From assembly GCF_001194135.2 (NCBI RefSeq), contig NC_068984.1:140239911-140303495 (forward strand): DNA of 63,585 nt. The letters are read 5' to 3'. The notes under the pieces are model-generated. The model saw nothing but the letters and a program-made list of their open reading frames with translations, had not been told where the DNA came from and ran no database searches. Shown here piece after piece: positions 24,130 through 36,307 of the stretch. Made by a program: the position numbers and the translations under genes. Within the stretch, counting starts at the first letter, position 1. Every line of letters begins with the position of its first letter. This DNA is from Octopus bimaculoides. Lineage: Eukaryota.

Positions 24130-24690
24130 TCAGATTTCAAATGTGTTTAACTGACAGTTGAGTTCTTGACAACTTTAGTACCTGTTTAGTACCATCATCA
24201 AAACAAATTTGCCAATCATAAAATGAAGTGAAAAATTTTAAAACATGCTAACTAATTAAAAACTTATCTTAAGCAAAAGGCAACCACATAACCTAAAGAA
24301 ACTATTAACAAAGGCAAAAGTCAACATGAACAAACAGGATAAAACATTCACAGTATTCAAATGTAATGATAACAGATGTGGACAGTGTCAATACATGCAT
24401 TCTGGTAGATCAATTAGAACGAAAATTGGACACATTTTTGCAAATGCAGATATGAATTGCAAAGACAGAAATTTGATCTACTGCATTAAATGCCCGAATT
24501 GCGGGAAACTATATATAAGCGAGACAGGGAATGCATTATCGGAACGCTATACACATTCACACAAATTCGAAGCAAAAAGCACGCATGTCTGCTCACAGAT
24601 TGTCACAGTGCTTTCAATTTCTTATTATTTGAACGATTAAATATCTCGCCCATGGATAAGCGGTTGAATTTATCAGGGTATAAAGCAGCA
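24130..24690 (+). mobile_element. Penelope-like element fragment: linker plus GIY-YIG endonuclease
   Basis: KLILSKRQPHNLKKLLTKAK then CNDNRCGQCQY..C..NLIYCIKCPNCGKLYISETG..L.ER..H: GIY-YIG with upstream Cys cluster typical of PLEs. Confidence 0.85.
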
Positions 24691-24704
24691 GAAAATAATT
24701 ATTT

Positions 24705-25490
24705 AAAATTTTGGCACAAAGCTAGCAATTTCGGAGGACGAGGCAAGTCGACCTCAGTGTTCAACTGGTGCTTATTTTATCGACCTCAAAGGATATAATA
24801 AATAAGCTCCTTTAATTCCGACACATGTTTCGAAAATTACATGCACTCTATTTCCAAAGGAATAAAAGATGTTTTATAAATGTAATTTTCTCTTCAGGGA
24901 ACCATCTTTTAAATGCAAGACCTAAACTCAAAATACATCACTTTAACATGGGATTTCAACTCAGAACATAAAGAGCCGTAAGAAATACCACTAAGCATTT
25001 TGTTCGGCGTGCTGATGACTCTGTCATCTCACCGTCTTAATAATAATAATGGTTTCATATTTTGGCACAAGGCCTGCAATTTCGGGAGAAGGGCTACGTC
25101 AATTACACCGACCCCTGTACTCAACTGGTATTCATTTTATGGACCCCGAAAAGGTGAAAGATTAAGTCGATCCCGGTGGAATTTGAAATCAGAACGAGAA
25201 GGCGAACGAAATGCTTAGCGGCATTTTGTCCGGCGCGGTAAAGATTCTGCCAGATTTCCACCTTGAATGATATTGGTTTCGAATTTTGGCACGAGGCCTG
25301 CAATTTCGGAAATGGTTAAGTTGATTACAACGATCTCAGTGCTCAACTGGTACTCATTTTATCGTACACGAAAGAATAAAAAGTAAAGTCGACCACGGCA
25401 AAATTTGAACTCAGAACGTAAAGACGGAAAGAAATGCTGCTAAGTATTTTTCCCGGCGTGCTAATGATTCTGCCGGCTCACCACCCACCA
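24705..25490 (-). mobile_element. Head-to-tail array of about 4 SINE A copies (short-tail type, partly truncated)
   Basis: Repeated TTTTGGCACAAGGCC.GCAATTTCGG tail and family core at ~24710, 24950, 25060 and 25285. Confidence 0.8.
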
Positions 25491-25921
25491 TTGATGAAAT
25501 AATGAAACGCAGCATTTGAATATTTAATTTGTAGCTGCTTCATTTGTAATAAATATATATTGCCCAGAATATAACAATAGATATTGCCTGTGTAACTCGT
25601 ATAATTTAACTGCCATAAATTATCCCAAACATCACTTCATGAATATGCATTATAATTATCTCCTGTCGTTATCGCTTATGATGCTATTATGTCGCGAGCA
25701 CAAGTATAAAGATTACGCTAAATTATGATCGTATCCATCAACATTAACTGCCTGTAGAAAATTATGATATCATTTATAGAGCCAAGAGTATTATAAACCT
25801 GTTCGCATTATACATATATCATTTTTGGTTGGTTTTATAAGTGCAGGAGACAGTCGTAAACAAACACCAGTTCCGTCGTCTTTAGTTCCACTCACCAAAA
25901 CATACACACACACATATGTGC

Positions 25922-25979
<58 letters not shown>

Positions 25980-26139
25980 GCATACACACACACATTATAA
26001 CTGCCTTCACATTTTGAAATTATTTCAATCAATTCCTCCAGAGATCTGCTCTCACATAACACTGATCTTCTATCATTGAGGACTACAGTGAACATGATAC
26101 GTGGAAGGATGACCATTTAGTCAAATGCGTTTAAAATAT

Positions 26140-26310
26140 ACTAAGCGGCATTTCGTCTGTCTTTACGTTCTGAGTTCAAATTCCGCTGTGATCGATTTTG
26201 CCTTTCATTCTTCCGGAGTCGATAAAATAAATACCAACTGAACACTGAGATCGATGTAATTGACTTTCCCCCTCTCCAAACACGCTGGTCTTGTCCCAAA
26301 GTTTGAAACC
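26140..26310 (+). mobile_element. SINE A, 5' truncated
   Basis: CTAAGCGGCATTTCGTCTGTCTTTACGTTCTGAGTTCAAATTCC.. Confidence 0.8.
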
Positions 26311-26773
26311 AATATTGCCATAATTAAAGACAAAAAAAAAATGGGCTCAGAAAAATTCGCCCAGGTACTATATGCAAAATTGAACCGATATTAGATGTTT
26401 TAATCCACTACAAACTTTTCCTGAATATGCACTGCTGAAATGGGGATGCGTCTAATACGTACGTGTGTTTTTTGTTTTTTTTAATGCAGTAATTAAATAC
26501 CATAATTGTTGTCAGTAGCCGTGTGTTTAATAAACCGTGGAACCCTTAATGTAATATTAGAGCAGACTCCGACTTACACTAAGTGTTACATCACAACTCT
26601 AGCAAAGTCACGTGGCCTAATAGTTCATTTGTGCAACTCATCATCATAAGAGAGTTGGATCAATTCTTGGACGGGGCAACGCGCTGAGTTCTTGAGCAAG
26701 GCGATTCATTTCACATTACTCCTGTCTACTTGATTATTATCAACCATGTATTGGCTCATCTCTCTTTCTCTTT

Positions 26774-26816
26774 CTCTCTCTATGATTATCATCATCATCA
26801 TCATCATCATCATCAG

Positions 26817-26851
<35 letters not shown>

Positions 26852-26882
26852 ACATCATCATCAACATCATCATCAGCAGCAG

Positions 26883-26919
<37 letters not shown>

Positions 26920-26920
26920 T
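26774..26920. repeat. (CAT)n microsatellite inside a decayed SINE C-like head/other-tail repeat (26600-27080)
   Basis: Direct reading; flanked by GTGGCCTAATAGTT..TTCTTGAGCAAGGC head and a different repeat tail. Confidence 0.85.
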
Positions 26921-27284
26921 GCATCTGCATGACATGGTGATTCATATCAAGATGCATGACCTTGCAGGTGGGGCACAGTTAGAATTTTCTTCACGTCGAG
27001 TAGCCCATCCCGCTCAAAAGGTCCTTGAATAAGGGTCGTTTAAGGATGTTGAACGAAACACCCATGTTTCCAAAGATGAAACCTCGTATATTCTGGTCAA
27101 CAATCTCCAAATTAAGCAAATATTCAATTTGCTCAAATAATTAAATGAAATACAGGCTCTTGTACATTAGTAAATCAGTGCAGATTATAAGGGGATTGTT
27201 GGAGTTCCTGAATAACAAGACACTTAGAAGAAACGAGATACGAAGCATTTGGTATGTATTCTGGATTTTATAAAAAAACTGCAG

Positions 27285-27626
27285 CAGCTTGTTTCAGTCA
27301 TTTAACTGCGGTCATACTGGGGCACCGCATTGAAAAATATTTAGTGGAATGTATCGACCCAATACTTATTTTTCTTTAAAACTGGTTCTTATTCTAGCAG
27401 CGTCTTTTACCGCTCCGCTAGGTTACGAACATGTAAACACTCCAACACCGGTTGTCAAGCCGTGGGGTCGGGGACAACCATAGTTACATACATACATACA
27501 TACATATCTACCCTCAAGGCTTTGGTCAGCCTGAGGCTCCAGTAGAAGAAACTCGCCCAAGGTGGGACTGAACCCGGAGCCATGTAGTTGAGAGGCCACT
27601 TCTTACCATACAGCCATGCCTACGCT
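27285..27626 (-). mobile_element. SINE B, near full length
   Basis: Reverse complement of tail, (ACAT)n centre and head. Confidence 0.8.
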
Positions 27627-28790
27627 CTGTTCAAGAAAACTTTTAAGGATTATTATTTCTTCCTTTGCAGATTACCTTTGTCACATGCGTTGCTAATTCT
27701 TTTATAAACGGCAATAATTCTCAACCTCCCATTAGGATAACATTAAAATATGAAGCTGTTGGTTAATGAAATGTAAAAAGTAAAAAAAAAGAGAAAAAAT
27801 TAAAAGCAATAAAATAATAATTATTATAAATGATTGATTAATTTTCCTCGGTTTATTATTTGGCACGTTTCTTTTATATTTATCTTTAACTCATTTTCCG
27901 TACGAAGCTGGTTGTGTTTACTTTATACGGTGTTTGAATAGCTCTGGAATAATCGATAAGAGATTTGTTTAAACTTTAGGCTTCGGTTCATATTATCAAT
28001 TAATGCTTGATAGGGATGGAGATTATTAAGTAAAAGGTAAACTCCTAGTGAGTCAAGTCAATGAAATAGTTTCAAATTGACTGCGCCGCCACCAAACCGA
28101 CGATAATTCATTTTGGATAATAATTAAAACAAAATCATTTATAATTGCAAGGCCCTCCATACCTGTAATACTAAATCGCCGTACAGACTTCTCCGAAAGA
28201 GCATACACACCGGTTTCAATTCCAACTTGAAGACAGACATTATTTTTCATTTATGCTGTTAATACGTTGATAAAAGCATAAAGCTTATAATATAAAATCT
28301 TATATATGTATTGAGTGTATAAGTACGTAAGCATGTAAGTATATATACANNNNNNNNNNNNNNNNNNNNNNNNNNNNNNNNNNNNNNNNNNNNNNNNNNN
28401 NNNNNNNNNNNNNNNNNNNNNNNNNNNNNNNNNNNNNNNNNNNNNNNNNNNNNNNNNNNNNNNNNNNNNNNNNNNNNNNNNNNNNNNNNNNTATATACAT
28501 ATATATATATATATATAATTCATTTTAGAAAAGTAATTTAATCTTGCGCATGGATTCCCTAGTAGTCGCAGATATTGAAAGGGAGATAATCATTTCTTCA
28601 GAATATTTGGTAGGATTGGATATTTGAAATTGAAATTCAGAAATTATAAGGAAAAATATATACATAGAATTCACATTCTCTTTTTTGTATACTTATTACG
28701 AAGTTCTTCACATTTCAAGACGGTGGCAATCATATACAGTACTATTTCATTCCTTTTTGAAATCATCAGCATGATAGAACTTGTGACTTA

Positions 28791-29416
28791 TTGTACTGAA
28801 TCAAAAGTTTTGCAATATTTTGGTAACTAATTTGCAAGCAATAATCCAAGGGAGCTAGGTTCGGGCTCTATGCTGGTGTAGCATCAATTCGATTCCCTCA
28901 AGATCTTGAAGTTTATTCCGCGTCATTCGAGCGGTACGAAGTCATGCGCTGTCTTGCTGAAAAAGAGTTCGCTTTCTGTTTACCAATGCCGGGTATTTTT
29001 GCCGCACAATGGCATACAATAGCTGCAGCTGTTGGAAACGATGGTTCGAACGTCCGGAACGAACTCGTGAATTATCCCCTCATAATTCCACCAGACGCAG
29101 AGCATCAGTTTCCGGGAGCTGGCCCCTGCTTAACCACTGTTTATATACTTTGGGATTGCGAGAAAATATCTCCATCAGATTATTACTGGTTCCGATCCAT
29201 GGCTCACTTCCTGGACTCGCGACACTTCATCTACCAAGAGGAGGTGGAAGCTTCAATGAAGGACAAGAACTGATATCAACGTGAGATCAAAGAACTGACA
29301 GAAAGGTGTCTTCAGACGCTGCAACATGATGGCCTCTACTTTGAATTCTAAGCTGTTATTGTTGTGACTTGATGGTTAAAGCAAATAAGTAACCAAAATA
29401 TTTTGACTCAGCACAA
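28791..29416. mobile_element. Internally deleted mariner (DD34D-type) element with inverted central segment
   Basis: TA-flanked TIRs TTGTACTGAATCAAAA / TTTTGACTCAGCACAA; minus strand 29168-28851 reads KLMLCVWWNYEGII..LFQQDSA..RNKLQDLEGIEL; plus strand 29170-29346 reads PSDYYWFRSMAHFL..HDGLYFEF*. Confidence 0.85.
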
Positions 29417-29875
29417 TATTAATTATGCTTTTTATTAAGTGAGACATTTCATTACAAGCGAAAATAACTACAATAAGAAGGAATTTAAGGAATGTTTTTT
29501 CCTTTCTTTTCTTCTTTAAAACGAGAGGGAGAGAGAGAGAGAGTTCCTCGTCTTTACATAACTGTTTCCCGGGGAATCGTACCGTGTGAAAATCACGATT
29601 ACCTGAAATCTCAGAAGAGTCTAAAAGCCGGTTTCAATTAAAGCTGAAGACATTGTAATCTATTTATTTGGCTAATGATTTGGGAAACGTAGGATACACA
29701 CGAGTATCCGTGACAGCTGTTTTGATTGTTGGTATAAGGGACCGGCCATGCTATTTCGTGATAATTTAGGTCTTTTGGCTTAGATTTGTAACAAATAGTT
29801 ATCCTTCTTCTGCCTAGAACTTTGTTATATCTATATATAAAAGTTGTATACATTTTTATACAATAAATTCGCTTC

Positions 29876-30005
29876 TTGAGGTCGACTTTGCCTTTCATCC
29901 TTCGAGGTCGATCAATCAAGTACCAGTTGCATACCGGGCTCAATCTAATCGACTAGCCCCCTCGCCCAAATATTTCGGACCTTGTGCCTAGAATAGAAAA
30001 GAATT
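29876..30005 (+). mobile_element. SINE A 3' part (short tail)
   Basis: GAGGTCGACTTTGCCTTTCATCC..CCTTGTGCCTAGAATAGAAAAGAAT. Confidence 0.8.
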
Positions 30006-30065
30006 ATTCGCTTCTTAGTTCTCAATATGACCGCTTTTTTATTTGGACTCACCAATCCAGCATCA

Positions 30066-30128
<63 letters not shown>

Positions 30129-30323
30129 NNNNNNNNNNNNNNNNNNNNNNNNNNNNNNNNNNNNNNNNNNNNNNNNNGCGTGTGTGTGTGTGGGTCTGTG
30201 TCTGTGTCTGTGTGTGTCTGTGTGTGTCTGTGTGTGTCTGTGTCTGTGTCTGTGTGTGTCTGTGTGTGTCTGTGTGTGTCTGTGTGTGTGAGTGTGTGTA
30301 TAGCCACCACTTCCAACCACATC

Positions 30324-30360
<37 letters not shown>

Positions 30361-30508
30361 CATACATTCAATTAGAGGATGTGTAAACTTCATGAAGAAA
30401 TGGTTCCTTCGAAAGAAATACTTGTTCAATACCTGGCATTTTGGGGGAATGAATTTCCCTAAAATAATTGGTATATATAAAAACATAGTTTATATTCATT
30501 TAACAGAA

Positions 30509-30615
30509 GAAAAGAAAATGGAGATTAGGAACTTAATAATTGTTTGTTATTGAAGATGACCAATTTGCTGTTAATAATAAACAATTATTAACTTCTTAAT
30601 CTCCATTTTCTTTTC
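30509..30615 (+). repeat. 43-bp-arm inverted repeat (hairpin)
   Basis: GAAAAGAAAATGGAGATTAGGAACTTAATAATTGTTTGTTATT versus reverse complement of 30573-30615, 3 mismatches, 21-nt loop. Confidence 0.9.
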
Positions 30616-30623
30616 TTTTCTTT

Positions 30624-30689
<66 letters not shown>

Positions 30690-30856
30690 TTGGATGTGGT
30701 GGTAATGGCGTTCGTGTGGTACTGGTGAAAGACTAATAACTCTTGAAATGTGTGTATACACCGATTGCCCGTTTTAACTATACGTTTACGAAATGTCGTA
30801 AATTACAGTGCCGTTACTGAATTCTCTAGGAAATCTATGGAAATAAACTTAAAAGT

Positions 30857-30897
<41 letters not shown>

Positions 30898-31129
30898 ATA
30901 GGCGCGAGAATACCAATGTGGTTAAAGAGCTGCTTTCCAACAACGTTGTTTCAGTTTCAATTTCAATGCGCGACCTTAGCCGATCGAGTTTAGCCCCGGA
31001 CGGACCAATGCCTTGAGAGTGAATTTAATAGACAAACTGTAAGCAAGGGGGTCGTATATCTGTGTGTGTGTGTGTGTGTGTGTGTCCACTTTTAAGTTTA
31101 TTTCCATAGATTTCCTATGTAATTCTCTG

Positions 31130-31320
31130 TGCACCCAACAGCGCTTGGCCACCAGTGCTGGTTTGTTTACGTTCTCATAACTTAACGGTTCGGCAAAAGA
31201 GACTAAAGAATAAGTACCAGACTTAATAAACACAGGTGTCGATTTGTTCAATATCTAACTCTTCAAGGTGGTGCCCCAGCTTGGCCGCAGTCAAATGACT
31301 GAAACAAGTAAATAATAAAA
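31130..31320 (+). mobile_element. SINE B right half
   Basis: GCGCTTGGCCACCAGTGCTGGTTTGTTTACG..TTGGCCGCAGTCAAATGACTGAAACAAG. Confidence 0.8.
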
Positions 31321-31899
31321 NNNNNNNNNNNNNNNNNNNNNNNNNNNNNNNNNNNNNNNNNNNNNNNNNNNNNTATATATATATATATATATATATGTAT
31401 ACAGCCATAACTATACATATGCTCATATGAATACGTTAATGTATATGTGCGTGCCTGTATGTGTGGGTGTACATTTTTGTCACCAATCAGATGCATTCAT
31501 TAAAATATGTGTGAATAGCGGAAGAAAGTACAGCATTACAAATAAAACGTTGACTTTTCGTTTCAGGAAAAGTCATTCCCCTGTCACTCTAACAATTTGA
31601 CAATGAAGCACATTTATAAATGAGAACAATAGAAAGAAGAGAAAAAGTCACGTATTTCCGCTTTGGTGTTAGACAAGTTTTCAAAATTTGAAACACGGGT
31701 TTTAAAAAACTAATACGTAATTGGCTGTGTGGTTAAAGAGCTCAGCTTTGTGCCAGTATGCGGCACCATGGACAAGAGTGTATTACTACAGCCTCGGGTA
31801 GGTGGAAACTGTTAGGGGGACCGTTGTATATAACTGGGGTTCTTTTTTTAACCAACACCGCTTTAGTATTGGCTTTTTGACATGTTGTACATGCGCTTC

Positions 31900-32026
31900 C
31901 CAAACCACATGGTTCCAGGTTCAATCGCACAGCGTGGCACTAGGGTCAAGTGTCTTCTACTATACCCTCGGGCCGACCAAAGTCTTGGGAGTAGATTTGG
32001 TCGACGGAAACTGAAAGAAGCCCGTC

Positions 32027-32067
<41 letters not shown>

Positions 32068-32270
32068 TTCGACCCACCACCACTACTGGACAAACGGTGT
32101 TGCCGTGCTTACGTCCCTGTAACCTAGCGGTTCGACAAAAGATACTGAAAGAACGGGTACCATGCTTTAAAAAAAAGAGTAACGAGGTCGATTAATTCGA
32201 CTAAAAATTCTTCAAGGCAGTACCCCAGTATGGCCGCAGTTAGAATGACTGAAACAAGTAAAAAATAACG
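31900..32270 (+). mobile_element. SINE B, 5' truncated
   Basis: Left half, (TG)n centre and right half collinear with 461-965. Confidence 0.85.
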
Positions 32271-32274
32271 ATGC

Positions 32275-32890
32275 AGGTTTCAAATTTCAGCACAAGGCCA
32301 GCAATTCCGGAAAGCGGGTGAGTTTATTACATCGACCCCCAGTGCTCAACTGTTACTTATTTTATCGATCTCGAAAGGATGAAAGGCAACGTCGACCCCG
32401 ATGATATTTGACGAAATGCCGCTAAACATTTTGCCCAACGATTTTGTCAGCTCGCTGCCTGAATCTTCTCTGCTCTAGGCACAAGGCCCGAAATTTTTTG
32501 GGAGGGGACCAGTCGATTAGATCGACCCCAGTACACAACTGGTACTTAACGTATCGATCCCGAAAGGATGAAAGGCAATTTCGACCTCGGCGGAATTTGA
32601 ACTTAGGACATAAAGGCAGACGAAATACCGCTAAGCATTTCGCCCGGCGTGCTAACGATTCTTATTTCTTTACTGCCCACAAGGGGCTACACACAGAGGG
32701 GACAAACAAGGACAGACAAAGGGATTATGTCGATTATATCGGCCCCAGTGCATAACAGGTACTTATTTAATCGACCCCGAAAGGATGAAAGGCAAAGTCG
32801 GCCTCGGCGGAATTTGAACTCAGGACATAAAGGCAAACGAAATACCGCTAAGCATTTCGCCCGGTGTGCTAACGTTTCTGCCAGCTCAAC
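32275..32890 (-). mobile_element. Three tandem/nested SINE A copies (two short-tail, one long-tail)
   Basis: Family core repeated at ~32330, 32520 and 32740. Confidence 0.85.
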
Positions 32891-33684
32891 ACCTCAATGG
32901 CAAGCTGTTAATAACATTAACTAAAAACGCAGCTGGTGAGAGTTCACTAATGAAGTGTATTCATTAAAATGTGTGTCTCTGGCGGTGTAAAGTACGACAT
33001 ACAAATGAAACGTTGATTTTTCAGATTTTTAGAAAGTCGTTCACCCANNNNNNNNNNNNNNNNNNNNNNNNNNNNNNNNNNNNNNNNNNNNNNNNNNNNN
33101 NNNNNNNNNNNNNNNNNNNNNNNNNNNNNNNNNNNNNNNNNNNNNNNNNNNNNNNNNNNNNNNNNNNNNNNNNNNNNNNNNNNNNNNNNNNNNNNNNNNN
33201 NNNNNNNNNNNNNNNNNNNNNNNNNNNNNNNNNNNNNNNNNNNNNNNNNNNNNNNNNNNNNNNNNNNNNNNNNNNNNNNNNNNNNNNNNNNNNNNNNNNN
33301 NNNNNNNNNNNNNNNNNNNNNNNNNNNNNNNNNNNNNNNNNNNNNNNNNNNNNNNNNNNNNNNNNNNNNNNNNNNNNNNNNNNNNNNNNNNNNNNNNNNN
33401 NNNNNNNNNNNNNNNNNNNNNNNNNNNNNNNNNNNNNNNNNNNNNNNNNNNNNNNNNNNNNNNNNNNNNNNNNNNNNNNNNNNNNNNNNNNNNNNNNNNN
33501 NNNNNNNNNNNNNNNNNNNNNNNNNNNNNNNNNNNNNNNNNNNNNNNNNNNNNNNNNNNNNNNNNNNNNNNNNNNNNNNNNNNNNNNNNNNNNNNNNNNN
33601 NNNNNNNNNNNNNNNNNNNNNNNNNNNNNNNNNNNNNNNNNNNNNNNNNNNNNNNNNCGTGTATATATGTGTGTGTGTGTGTGC

Positions 33685-33741
<57 letters not shown>

Positions 33742-33956
33742 AACATTTCATGTATATACATAGAAGATGGGATGTGTAATAAGATATTTTCTTCCGAACC
33801 ACATGGATCCAGGTTCAGTCCCACTTTATGACATCTTGGATAAATGTCTGAGCCGAGCAATGCCTTGTAAGTGAATTTGGTAGACGGTGTAGTGGTTAAA
33901 TGTGTGCATCAGGTGAACAGATGCAAAAGGTATGTGCATGCCTTTGAAGTAAACAA

Positions 33957-34031
<75 letters not shown>

Positions 34032-34327
34032 GGTAGATTACATAAGCGAAACATAAGCATTAGCTTGAGCATGCGCGTGTATCTATGTACGTAGTTGTGT
34101 TTATGTATGTACGTCTTCGACTTTCACACACACACATACACGGTAGTCAATATATATATATATATACACATACGAAGTTGCTGCCGAAAGCAAGTAACCT
34201 GTTGTGTTAACTATGTCACGCGACAGACAATAATATAACAATACATATAAACAAAAATAGAACTACACGTCTGTCATTCAATCGCTTATTAGCTATTATC
34301 ATTTATTTTGTTACAAACTTACCGGTT

Positions 34328-34420
34328 CTCGCGATAGCTCAGTTGGTAGAGCGGAGGACTGTAGAGGTATAATGTACAACTGTCATCCTTAGGTCGATGG
34401 TTCGAATCCGTCTCGCGAGA
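34328..34420 (+). tRNA. tRNA-Tyr-GTA: tRNA-Tyr(GTA) copy 1, intact, 20-nt intron (34365-34384), T-stem variant A50
   Basis: CTCGCGA acceptor, TAGCTCAGTTGG A-box, CT-GTA-G|intron|A loop, GGTTCGAATCC B-box, A73, downstream T-run. Confidence 0.95.
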
Positions 34421-35039
34421 TCGTTAATTTTTTTTTGCACAATCTTATTTGGTTTACAATATTCTCAATGTGAATAATGCGTCGTGAGCTGTCAGAATCG
34501 TTACCACGCGACATTTTTTCTGAGTTCAAATTCTTCAGTAGTTTATTTTGCCTTTCATCCTTTCTGGTCCGATAGAATAAGTGTTATGGGAGCACTGTTG
34601 TCGATATAATCGACTTAAACGCTTTTCCCGAAATTGCTGTCCTTCTGCCAAAATGTGAAACCAGTATTTCATATATATGTGTGTGTGTGTGTGTTTATGT
34701 GTTTATAAATTTTTATATGTCTATGAATTTTTATATATTTATAAATTTTCGTGTATATGTATGTATTTATAAATTCTTACTAAAAATTTTTTATATATCA
34801 CATAGATGAATGCATCTATGTATGTACATTGTATACCATGGAGAATTTCGTTAATATGGGTTGAATGGATCGCCTTTGAATTTGCCTTCTCTCCTCCTTA
34901 ATTTTCTATATTCAGGAACAATCTTTCAGAACTGTAGAAGGAGAAGTGGTGGGGAGAGAGATCTTTTTCTTTTCCTATATTATGCCAGTATGCCCACTCT
35001 TTCAATGTATATAAGATGTAAAAGAAAACGCAGAACAAA

Positions 35040-35320
35040 ATATCACCATCATCAATCCCTGGACATTACTGTCCCAAGTCCTAGGACCCATAGACTAGTT
35101 ACCTGGTTTCCAAAGCGTATAAGTGAAAGAGATCACAACAATCTTCCTGGACAGGACGCCAACCCGTCGCAGGCTAACTCAATTGCAGCTGAGTCCAATC
35201 CGGACTAGAAAAACGTGAAATAAAGTGTTTTACTCAAGAACACAAGGCAGCGCCTAGTGATGGAATCGAAATCAGGATCTTGCGATCTCGAGATCAACAC
35301 CCTAACCACTAGGCCACACG
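35040..35320 (-). mobile_element. SINE with family C-type head and V-domain-like core
   Basis: Minus strand GTGTGGCCTAGTGGTTAGGGTG..TGTGTTCTTGAGTAAAACACTTTATTTCACG..CCTGCGACGGGTTGGCGTCCTGTCCAGG. Confidence 0.7.
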
Positions 35321-36060
35321 TTTAGGAAGCTAGCTGAACGCCGTATTACACTATCATTAGTCTAATCATTCGTAAATCAGAAAGGGTGCAAGGGGCTATA
35401 AAACGTGGAAATAGACGATACGGTATTCGTGTCATGTATGATTGTACAAACATCGAACGAAGGTGGTTTTCGTTTACAACCATTAGGCGTTATATGAATG
35501 TTATGGGATTTTATTTTCCTTTCCCCTGTAGAAGCGGTGTAGTTTTTCAATAATTGTGTTTGTCATTGCCTTTCGCTTCTCAATCATCTTGAAGACTTGT
35601 TAACCCGTTTCGAAGCAAATAACTCTTTTAAATCAGCTTTTTTCGTCTGCTTCAATACTGAATGTTCCATCTTGCTTTCACCGCCATCTTTACGATCGAA
35701 ATCGTAGTTGATATAATTGAAGGTGCATAATTTTAATATGGGAGGTGATAGATTATCTTGCCTGTTGCCTGGTTGGCACTCAATTATATGTATGAAAAGG
35801 GGTAAAAAATATATTCAAAGTTCAAAAATGATAAACCAAAGATGTAGAGGATGAATAGAATAACAAAAAAATGTGAAGCACTACGATGAAAATATTTTTC
35901 GTATTAATTCAAATAACACTGGAAAGGATTAAAATAAAAAAAGTAAAAAGCAAAGGAATTTATCTGTCAATCCTATATTACATTTGTTTCAAATTATGGC
36001 AGCCGACTTGTATGGGGAATAAATATACAAACATGAATACAGCGAGCGAATTCAGTTATA

Positions 36061-36307
36061 CAGTAATCCCTCGCCACATCGCGGTTTACCTATCGCGGTT
36101 TACATATCGCGGTTTACCTATCGCGGTTTATTATTTAACCTTACGTCGATTCCTCCGTGGTATTGTTTTACATTCATAATAAAATAAATATATACAAATT
36201 AGAAAAATAATATAAAAATATGCAGTACAGTACTGTTTCTACTTCGCGGATTTTCACCTATCGCGGGGGTTTTGAACGTAACACTCGCGATAGTCGAGGG
36301 TTTATTG
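36061..36307. mobile_element. pogo/Tigger-like MITE with internal 15-bp tandem repeat
   Basis: TA-flanked inverted ends CAGTAATCCCTCGCCACATCGCG / CGCGATAGTCGAGGGTTTATTG; ATCGCGGTTTAC(C/A)T-type unit about x4 at 36078-36132. Confidence 0.8.
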
